Of a DNA stretch of 64,000 bases, positions 53,631 to 64,000 are shown piece by piece (within the stretch, counting starts at the first letter, position 1; every line of letters begins with the position of its first letter). The position numbers were made by a program, and so were the translations under genes. The stretch is taken from the NCBI GenBank assembly GCA_036172245.1, contig JAYWIR010000016.1, positions 3,162,001 through 3,226,000 on the forward strand, in the 5' to 3' direction. Under the pieces are notes generated by a model that saw only the letters and a program-made list of their open reading frames with translations, was not told the DNA's origin and made no database searches. Source of the stretch: Raillietiella orientalis (Eukaryota).

Positions 53631-55441
53631 ATAGTCATAGATAATCGAATCTTTCAGTTGTCTTCCAGCTCGTGTAAGGATGAAAGTCTCCTACGATTTC
53701 TTTTCCTGCTTGGTACTTGCATTTTGTAATCACAATATGCAGAAAGACCTGGAGTTATGAAAAGTGTGGTTTGTGTATTCCATTATGCAGATGAATTTGA
53801 TCTGTGAATAGGTTCATGGGGTTCTCATTTAAGGAGAAAATTTGAAAACCGTTTGCTATTCGAGAATGATGCTTAGACAAAAAAATAATCATAATAAATC
53901 AAGTAGTCATTTTAGTACTGGTAATTGCTGAGACTATTCGATTGTGATGACTGAAGATTCGAAGATTTTCTTTCACTCAAGTTACTTGAGCAGAAGCCAC
54001 GAGTCAGTTATCTTATCCGAATTTTTCTTTTTAATTTCACATTCAAAAATAGAAGGAGATGACAGGCAATTGATAACATAGTATGTGAATGTTTTTTTTT
54101 TTTTCCCCCAGGGACGCATTTTAATCAATCTGTTCAAATTTCAAATCAGCACACACAATCCCTAGTGGTGTTTGGAAGTGGGATAACTGAGCTTGCATTT
54201 GAATCATCTTAAAGTCACTGCATAAATTATTTTGACATTGAACCACCTTGAACCATATGTCTTTCATATGCCATGTACCGTTATCTCTTCGATTTAACTT
54301 TTTAACTAATTTGATTTTTACTTATTTGTTCTGTTTCACCCTATTTTCCATAAATTTTTAAAATTAAGTGTAAAACAAACAGAGAATCTCCACTCGCATG
54401 TAATTTGCAATTGCATTTGGCATAAGGTGCTATTAATAATCCAAAAGCTTACATAAAAATGAGGACACGTTGAAATAAATGCGAGTGTCATGTTGATTAC
54501 TTTTATACCAATGTTTGGTTTTCCTTTTCCTTTACTATTGCACAAATTCCAAGATGATTTTGAGTTTGTGTGCTCTTTTAACAAACCAACAAACAAAATG
54601 GTCTTCTCCACGAACAAAATTATTAATGATATTTCTTAGAAAAAAGCTGTTGCTAAAATCTGTCCATATTGACAAATGCGCCTTGCACCGACGCTTCGTT
54701 TATAATGTTTTTCAAGATGCTATTTCATGCAATGGTTTGTGAATTAGAGAAGAAAATTCAGCTTTCGGTAACAAATGGTATTTTTTTTTCCTCTAAAACT
54801 AACTTTCCTGCTCAAGCGTGGACTTGAAGTTATAAAGAACAGTCATGCATAGTTAAAGAAGATTTATGAAACTTTCTGCAACTTGGATCTCAGATTAGAA
54901 ATCAAATAAATCTTCACTGAGGAATTACCATCATATAAATGGTGTATCGGAAAATGAAAAATTTGAATCTAGGAAGCGATTAGTTTAGTCAAAGGTCAGC
55001 TTATTTTGAACTAATTTTGAAGATAGTGTTATTTTTGTATGAAACAACGAAAAATGCCGAAGTAAAGAAGCATTTTCATTGATGCTGAATATGTTCTTCT
55101 TCTTTTTTTTTTTTTTTTTCAAAAAAGAGCCATGAAACATTCGTGGCTATTTAGGACATTTGTGCAAAATGGTGATATTGTTCGTATACAATGGAATACT
55201 TGTAGATGACCGCATACGATAAACCAAATGGCGTTCCTTGAATGGTCTTTCCTAGATCATGCTTCGTGGGATGCTGTAATGCAGCTGAGGTTTTGAAAAT
55301 TCTGAAGTTTCGTAATTTCCAACTTTCTCGCTGTCGTCGACGCGAGTCGGCGGGCGCCGTGTCGCTACACGCCATGTCGTCGTCGTACATTGGGGGAGTC
55401 CATGTTGGGGAGGTTTCGCTCGCAGCGCCATTGCTGGGAAG

Positions 55442-58400
55442 ATGGAAACGCTAGCCAGGTGAGTACGCTAAACTTCTCCGTCAAATTGTAGAATCCTCGT
55501 TCTCAACAGCCTGTGCAAATCTTTGAACGAATGATCACTCTGTAATTTCCAAACGAAATGTGTGATGATCTTTCCTTCCCCTTGTTTTTTTCTTCCTCTT
55601 TCAATGAATTAACGATTTGTCACCAAGTGCAATCCCGAACACTTCATCATCACGTATGACGGACACATTGCACGAGCATTTTCTTTATGCCCCTTGGGTA
55701 ATGGACAGCCCTCATGTCAGTATGTTATCAAATTATGCGCGAAATGCCTTTTTCACTTGAATCTTCCAGTACAGGTCGCATTGAAAACACTTGCGTATAT
55801 CAACCGTTTTGAAATGCGATAGCATGTGTACACAAGTATACAGTTGAAATCTATTGTACGGTAAGGCATATCAGATTGGTGTTTTTTCTTTTTTAGCATC
55901 ATTCCACCCCCATCGCAGTTAGTTTGGGACAGGGAATATGAAGAGAAAAATAAGAAGCCTGTGAATACAGTTGCAATAATTGCAACCAGTGCAGCACCAC
56001 CCTACACTAGAAGGAAAAACTGGATCCCCAGAAGTGATGAGGTTCATATCGTAAATTCAGTATTTGCATAGGAATTTTAAGAATATAAGAATATTTAGTA
56101 TTTGTATGGTTGTTTCATGAGGATCGTAGTGTTCTTTGCATTGATGTTTTAAATTCAGGACTTTGGTGATGGAGGTGCATTCCCTGAAATCCATGTGGCC
56201 CAGTATCCCACTGGGATGGGAAAAAAAGAAACGAGACATGCAAATGCTTTAGCAATTCAGTTGGATTCTCAAGGAAAGATAAAATATGATGCTATTGCTC
56301 GCCAGGGACATTCAGCAGATAAGGTAAAGCATGCATTCCAAATATAAAAATCGACCTATTTTAGATACGTCTTTCAACATGTGTAAAGTAGGTTTATTTA
56401 AAACGGTTGCGTAGTTCGATTTCATTCTATTTTTTGTAAGCGTAAAAAAACTTTTAGTATGAGTATTTTTCAAGAGCATGAAGTTCTTGATAGTTTAAAA
56501 TGTAATTGCTTACCACCTCTTTATGTGAACTTCAGTTTGAATCTTAGACATGAAATGCTTATTGTTTTGCTGGTAAAAGGTTACAACAATTTAAAAAAAA
56601 AAAAAAAGACATTGTTTTGGTGCAGATTATGATGCCTTAGGAGTGGCTTCTGATTTGTTTTGCATTCTGTTTTTTTTTTCTGCTCTGCTATATTATTAAA
56701 TCAGGTTGAGCAGTGAATAAGAAAGTGAATGAAGATACAAATCATAAAATTTCTTAAATCAAAATGATCATCGATTTCATAATCGCTGTAGTGGGATTAG
56801 TAGTGACCATTCCAAACATGTAGGTTCATATTTAGTTTGCATGCTCTGATACATTGATGAAACATACAACTCATCTTGTGACACAAGGTGAGTTGTATTA
56901 TTCACTAAATGTCTTCACTAGAGCTGTTATAAAATACAGTTTATTTATTTATTCAAGATATATGAAGTGTTGAAATGTAAGATAAAAAGCATTTCATGCA
57001 AGCAGCAGACAGAAGATTTTGGCTTTGAATTTTGATTTTGGTTGTACTGGTTGTTTGATTTAATGTGCTCATGAATGGTTGAAGGATCAAGGATAGTTAA
57101 TTTGCAAAACACGATTTCAATTATGACTTACCAATTTGGAATTTTCAAATGGATTAACTACAAGGCAGACTAATCAAGAATGTCAAATGAAGTTTTGAAA
57201 ATTTTTGAAAATTGAGTTTTATTAAGCAGATATCTATGTGTGTTTTTCAACTGTACTGATATTTGAAAGCTTTTGTACTATTACCTAATATTTATGGGTG
57301 CGTTCGAAACAGAATAAAGGTCAAAATTGTTGTGGATGTGGGGAAAAATTACACAGCACATGCATTTAAAAAAAAAAAAAAAATCTCTGTGAATGTACAT
57401 TATGGAACTGTATGGTAAAGATTTGAATTTGCATTAGGGAAGAAGACTGAACAAGAATGAGACTGCTTCTAATAGTTAAAATGTTTAATTCGCACTCTTA
57501 AAATCATTGTATATCCTTATTATTAAGATGCTCATGGTTTTTTTCTATTTCTAAGGTTTGTTGTAGCAGCTAAAATATTGCATAGTGGCAAGCTAAAAAA
57601 TCGATCTTATCCACATAGCCCTTAAATGAGAAAGATAAATCTAGGGCAGCCACTGTCATTAGTTCTAGAATTTGATCAATAAATTTGTTGTAGAATCATC
57701 TGTGAAGGAAGTGTTACATGTATTTGATTCCTATGAGCATTTAAGATAAACGAATAGATTTTTAACTATTGGCCAAAAAAAAAAAGGACAATTAAGAAAA
57801 ATTAAAATTATGAAATATTTTGAAGATTCTCGTATTTACTTGAGCTAAGTAAATGGACTAAGGTTGTTTCATCGAAAATGATAGTATCTTAAGAATGAGA
57901 TGAAACTAGTTTAGTGTCTATTTCACAATACTTTCTATTTCAAGTGGTCATTCTCATGAATTTAGTTCTATTTCAGATTTATTTTTGTGTTTTACTCTTC
58001 GTTTAGAAAGTGTTTTTACATGTTTTCAGGTGATTTTTTCCAAATTTTCGGATCTCTTACCAAAAGAAATTACTCAAGAAGATGACCCATCTCTGTATCG
58101 TCCAAATGAAGAACAGGTCAAGGAGCAAACGGAGAAAACTCGACAAGCACTCGAGAAATTAACGCAAAATAAGATTTCTGCAGCCATGCCAGTTCGGTAT
58201 GCAGAAAAAACGGTAAATTTGACATTGTGATTTATTGTATTATATTGCATTTCTTAGGCACCAGCACAATACATCCGTTATACCCCTTCACAACAAGGGA
58301 TAGCTTTCAATTCTGGTGCAAAACAAAGAGTTATAAGAATGGTAGAGTTGCAGAAAGATCCAATGGAACCACCTCGATTCAGGTAAGATATGGGTATCTT

Positions 58401-59801
58401 GGTATTTAAGGACCTATACAAAGTAATACATCTAAACTTAATCTAGAAATAAGAAATACATTTCATGATAAGGGTTTCCTTTAATTCCTTTTTTTTTTTG
58501 GATCATGTAAAGTGCTGCTTTTAATCTCCCAGAATCAACAAAAAAATACCTCGAGGCCCACCCTCCCCTCCAGCGCCTGTCATGCATTCACCTACACGGA
58601 AGGTAAATTTTGTTGACCCGGTACAGTCCTCACTCCTTTAACCTTCAGGTAACAGTGAAAGAACAGCAAGAATGGAAGATCCCTCCATGTATATCCAACT
58701 GGAAAAATGCCAAAGTAACGCTTTTAACAAATAATTGTACATGTTTTCTTATTTTATTATCAGGGTTACACCATACCTTTAGATAAACGATTAGCAGCTG
58801 ATGGTCGTGGTCTGCAAACAGTGCATATCAATGAGAACTTCGCAAAACTTGCAGAAGCCCTTTATATTGCAGATCGCAAGGTTTGGAAGACTTGAAACAT
58901 TGCTTTTTACCTGCAGTTGATTTCAGGCTCGTGAAGCAGTGGAAATGCGAGCACAACTTGAGAAAAAGTTGGCCCAGAAAGAAAAGGAAAGGAAGGAAGA
59001 AAATTTAAGGCAGCTAGCTCAGAAAGCTAGGGAAGATCGAGCTGGCATCCGTTCACAAGCAACAACAGGTTGTTCTTTGTGTTGGGCACCAGTGAAAAAA
59101 GGTGCTAGGTATGTGTCCTTTATGCATTTGTAGAAAAAGATGAAGAGGCCAAAGAGAGAGATGAGATGCGTTGTGAAAGACATCGTGAGAGACAGAGAGA
59201 GAGGAATCTGGCTCGTGCTGCACCAGATAAGAGGTATGTACTATGGTATCTGGTCTTGATATAAATATTTGTGATTTCTACAAGATCAAAACTAGAAAAG
59301 CAAAGGGAACGTGATATCACAGAGCAGATTGCTCTGGGACTTCCAAACACTAAAGTTGGATCCAGAGGAGAAACGCAGTTTGATCAACGTTTGTTTAATC
59401 AATCCAAAGGGATGGATAGTGGGTTTGGTGATGAGGATGCATACAATGTTTATGATAAGCCTTGGAGAGAAGCAGCTAATCTTGCTAATTCAATTTATCG
59501 ACCAAGTAAAAATCTAGATAAAGAGTTAGAACTAGACAAACTGATACAATCAAATAGGTATGAAAACTGTTGGCATTAAGTGTCATGTTTGTGGGTTTTT
59601 TTTTATCTTTCTAGGTTTGTGCCAGACAAGGAATTCAGTGGAACAGATCGTACCATGCTACGTAGTGGCCCTGTCCAGTTTGAAAGACAAGAAGAAGAAG
59701 ATCCATTTGGTTTGGACCGCTTTTTAACTGAAGCCAAGAAAGCTAGTAAACGTGCTGGTGATGAGAAAGAAGAAAAAAATAAAAAGCGCAAGAAAGACTA
59801 G
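55442..59801 (+). CDS. SNW1: SNW domain-containing protein 1 (SKIP/Prp45/Bx42)
   Basis: Exons 55442-55458, 55897-56041, 56159-56323, 58030-58212, 58258-58382, 58533-58602, 58649-58714, 58764-58880, 58927-59068, 59134-59233, 59285-59557, 59615-59801. Motifs [58 protein letters not shown]. Confidence 0.96.
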
Positions 59802-61454
59802 ATTTGCCTTTGAATTAAATGAATCGTATTCCTTACATTTATAGTGCATTGTAATTGCAATATGAGTGCATAATTTCTATTATAGTACCATTCCACAGAG
59901 AATCATTTGGCAGAAATTGTGTCTATTTATAATGTAGCCCATGTGGTTTGAGTGGGGAAGTTATGCATGTCATGTTGACATTGCATAATGGTTTCCTTAA
60001 TTTGATAATCAAAAGCTGATGACTATTAATTCGAATTTTCCTGCAAATGAGCACGATGTATGTTACTGTACTATGAACTTTCTACATTGTGCAGTGTTAA
60101 AGGTTCCTTTTGTTTCATCAGTTTTCAAATCAGTATTATTTTTAAAAAGAACTGGTTTCAGCATGGTTTTATGGCATGCCAAGCTACTCAGTTAGTTGAT
60201 TCATAACAATAAAAATGGAAATGGAAAAGCAAAAATGAAGGTGTCTTCAGTGTGTTAGTAATACTCGTGTTTTAAATTTGATAATTTCCTTTTTTTAAGA
60301 TGTCAGGGATGTACTATGTTTATTTATCTCTTTGGGAATGAAAAGCTATGGCGTTACCTGATGAGAATGGTGCAACATTCTCTTATTTCTTGACAACTAT
60401 AGGTTACGGTTGAGTTTTTTTTCGAACTGAGGTGTTTTTTGTTTTTTTTAAATATTTAAGCATTATAATGAATCTTGTACGTTCAGTTATAATGCTTTTG
60501 CTTCGTAAGGATCTATGTTATTACGAACGTGATTGAATAAACATTTTTGAGTTGGTTTGCACCATTCCGTTCATATGATTTTGGGAAGAGTAAAGTGGGA
60601 AGGATTTTCATTTTTCATATCGATTCCTTTTCAAGATTCACTTTCATAGGCTTGCAATTCATTTACTGTGATAACTGTCAAGAAATTTGATATATATCGA
60701 GAGGGAAGATTTACTCGGAACAATAATGAAGTCTCACAGCACTTGATTTGATTACCCATAATAGAACATAATTATATCATAAAATAGTATTTATCGATGT
60801 AGGGCACTCACAGGAACCAAAATTCTTCCAAAATCTGAAAATATTGCCAATAGTGCGCATACCGAACTTATAAGAATAGGTAATTATTTATATTCTGAGT
60901 TCAATACGGAATATGTTCAATTTGAATATGTATTAATATTGAACTGAACCGAAACTGTCTTATTTGAAAATAAATGTCAAACAAATGTAGTAACTGTTCT
61001 GTTCAATGGGCAGTTTGAAAGTGTGCATCAAATATTTTTCTTTGACTTGTGAAAATGTTCGTCTTTCTAACTGAAATTTTCATTATACTTAACGCCGAGA
61101 AATAAATGAAGTTTCGTCTGAATGCTGTTTGAAAGACCATTTTGTTAATGTCCGTGTTCTAGCTGTATCTGTTATAAATATTTGCAGAATAAACTCCAAA
61201 CATTTATAAAGAATAAATTCGTCCGTAAGGTTGTTCTCGAATTGGTGGGAACGTGTTTTGTAATTTTTTCCATTTCGTAAGCAGTCTAAATTTTTCTTTT
61301 CATTACCTCTGCTTCCAAGAGGAAATTTCTGTACAAGTAAGTTCCCATCATTATAATAATGTCCATACATTTATTTTCTGTTAATGATGACATACATTAC
61401 TATTCTAAGCCATTTGGGATATCAGATGCTTATCAAATAATCCATAGCTTTGGG

Positions 61455-63540
61455 TTAAGTCTTGACAGGTGATTCCTTTTGGCAATCAGGCTACAGAAAC
61501 AAAAACGATAGTTATTTGTATTATGTATACAATACTCACTATGATGCAAAGTTTAGTTGGTAACCGTCTCTCTAACAACATTTCCAACAACCTATTAATT
61601 TCTGCATCCTTTTTACTTGAATGTAGTCTCAGTTTAGGCAAATGCACCTCACCAAAGATGAGTGGATACATGTTAAAAAATAAATTGAATTTCATTTGTG
61701 GCAGTAATCGAACTTGAGTCTTTAAACAGCCTTATGAATAATCACAAGAAGTTTGAACTCACAATACTATTGCCACTAAACATGAATCCTTCACTAGGTT
61801 CCATGCTGACAATTATTTCCAATACTTTTGAACTTTCATTCACCAGTTCATAAGTAACTTGCATGGGCTTACAAATACACCCAAAGGGAGGATGTTTACA
61901 CTGTATATGCAACAAAGGCGGCAGAAAAGGTAACCAAGATATTGGATATGATGCTACCACTGCTGGCACATTCAAATGATTGGTTCTAAAATGGGATAAA
62001 AAGAGCCATCTGGATTGATTTACCTTTTCCAAATTATTTTATAAACACCATCTTGAGGTACTTCTTGGGCATGAGATGTATTCTGACACAAACTGAAGCA
62101 TTCTGCAGCAGTTTCATTATCATGAAGCAGTATGTTTTGAAGTTGGGATTGTGGATTAGTGCCAAGTATTTCTAGGCCAGTGTGCTAAATCAAATTATGG
62201 TACATTTATACTACATCTGTGTATTATACCAGTAATTCTAGTGTTGTATTCAGCACTTTCAACTGATGTGGAGAGCAGCACAATAATTGGCAAAACAATA
62301 AAAAGTTTTCTTTACAAGGAATACTCTGAATGGGTATCAACATCAGTGATTTGTAGCTTACTGATACTTGAAATGGTAGCATGACATCCAATGTTAGAAA
62401 TACATTTCTTTTGCAATGGCATTGAATTTCTTTTCCTAATACATTAACTAGGATATTGTAATCAATCTAAAACAAATTTCCATTAAATTGCTCAATGAAA
62501 CTCTTATACACCTGAATCAAGAAAGTTCTTGTCCCCTCAGTTATAGCCCGTAGAAATACTGAATATCTCTTCTCTTCATCTATATTAAGAACAGGAAATT
62601 TATGTGGTTCCAGAAATTGAGTTCCTTTTTCCGAGTCAGTGGGAGATTTATCAGTTAAAAAGGCTGAAACACATTCTTAGTCTTTTAATTTGAAAGTTGA
62701 ACTTACTGTGTTGTTCCAAATTACGTTCAGATTTATAAAGATTAAATTGTAAATTAGCATCCCAAATTGCAGCCATTTCTTTATTGATCAGAACAATTTC
62801 AATCAAGTACCACTCATGCAAAAGCACTGGTGGATTATGGTTCAGCTCAACTACCAACTTTGAAGGACGCTCAATTACACTAATACTAGTGATTGGTGTA
62901 CTGTTTTTGCAAAATATATTACTGGGAAACGGGCTTTTTGCTGTCTCATTTAAATATCTTAAAAAAACAGACTGATTCAATTTAGTAATAAAACATTCGC
63001 ATACCTGGGATACTGGATTTTGGCTAGAAAGTTTGGGCTACATGTCCACTTCAGAACAATGCTTTCATTTAGATGTAAAGAAACAAAGAGCAACTAGAGC
63101 ACACTCGAAGTTAACTCATTAGTTGTATTTATTAATCCTCTTACCTGAATTTCTTTGCCAACATCACAACATTCTGGTACAAAATGGAAGTCACAACTTA
63201 AAACTTCATTGGGATTTAAGAAACATCTATCAAATACCTTAACCTTATTATAAGATGCATTGCTAAATGTCGCTGTTCCTTTTAGCACTGGAAAACTTGT
63301 GGATGCACTACAACTACTCGGGAAAAGATGTGCATTGTATTATTACTTTGTTTACCAAAAAAATACTTGTAGGGAAGCACACTGATCAGCATAAATGACT
63401 TGGTGCTGAAAATTTGCTATGCAAATAATACAAGATGTGATATCTGTCATTTGCACAATAACGTCAGTATTGGGTAGCTGCCATGGACTTTTTCTTGGGA
63501 AGTTACAAATGGAGGTGATTTTGTGTTGTGGAGCAACTCC
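61455..63540 (-). CDS. TRAPPC11: Trafficking protein particle complex subunit 11 (gryzun/foie gras), 3' part; continues beyond the right edge
   Basis: Phase-consistent exons 63540-63356, 63307-63145, 63093-63005, 62957-62707, 62663-62512, 62466-62230, 62184-62024, 61985-61763, 61719-61540, 61490-61455. Motifs QSQLQNILLHDNETAAECF, MEPSEGFMFSG, YPLIFGEVHLPKL. Confidence 0.88.
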
Positions 63541-64000
63541 CTAAGTGAAAACTCAATTGCAATACCGGTATTATTTTAGCAAATATTTGTGTTATCAAAG
63601 TATCTTTATTTGGGTTTATGAGTGCTATGTGGAAAATCAAATTCGGTGGAAAAATTCACACCTGACTACAGCACAGATTCTTATTATATAAATTACAGAG
63701 TTTCTGAGATAATGAATCATTCTAATGAAAAGTTTAAACAATTAGTGGCTGTCGGTTTATATACAATTAACTTCAAGCATTTCATAAACAAACAGAGATT
63801 CTTGAAATGATTCAATTTTTGAGTTAAGTTATTACTTTAGATTTCATTAAATATGGAATTTTATGATTACAAGAAGGCAACATTTAATTAATGTCTTCAA
63901 AAAGTCATAATTAACTGTTCAGAGGTGTTAGCATCTCAGACAGTAACGATTCTTTTTAGAATGTCTTCGAATGAAATACATGCTACTTTTAAATATTCGG

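Noticed and set aside
58603..58648. U12-type intron in SNW1 (TCCTTTAAC near the 3' end)
   Set aside because: The donor is GTAAAT (U2-type), not RTATCCTT.
59109..59133. 25-nt intron using the strong GTATGT donor in SNW1
   Set aside because: It would add 40 nt and frameshift SNW1; the donor at 59069 keeps the frame.
60898..60948. AT-rich fold-back resembling a pre-miRNA
   Set aside because: Short, low-complexity and weakly paired; likely chance in AT-rich DNA.

Overview
Genomic DNA of an invertebrate animal (GT-AG introns; species not identifiable from the sequence), split into two compartments. Left (~1-40.5 kb): GC/CpG-rich, with the 5' part of a bark beetle/anakonda-like gene (- strand, 7 coding exons, running off the left edge). 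Its long introns and upstream region hold decayed non-LTR retrotransposons (L1/Tx1-like, RTE-like, R1/jockey-like) and four copies of a ~0.8 kb tRNA-headed SINE-like family. Right (~41-64 kb): AT-rich and compact, with a mariner relic and five housekeeping genes: intronless ALG13 (+), cytosolic thiolase ACAT2 (-), WTAP/fl(2)d (-), SNW1/SKIP (+) and the 3' half of TRAPPC11 (-), most introns 38-65 nt. Main leads: a structured RNA module at the 3' ends of the Tx1-like elements, with compensatory changes and no poly(A) tail; the UUCG-hairpin-rich SINE; a structured WTAP intron at the position of the human truncated-isoform switch, with an H/ACA-like fold; and a tight WTAP-ACAT2 tandem matching human gene order that may be co-transcribed. 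All calls come from manual translation and motif recognition; no database searches were run.
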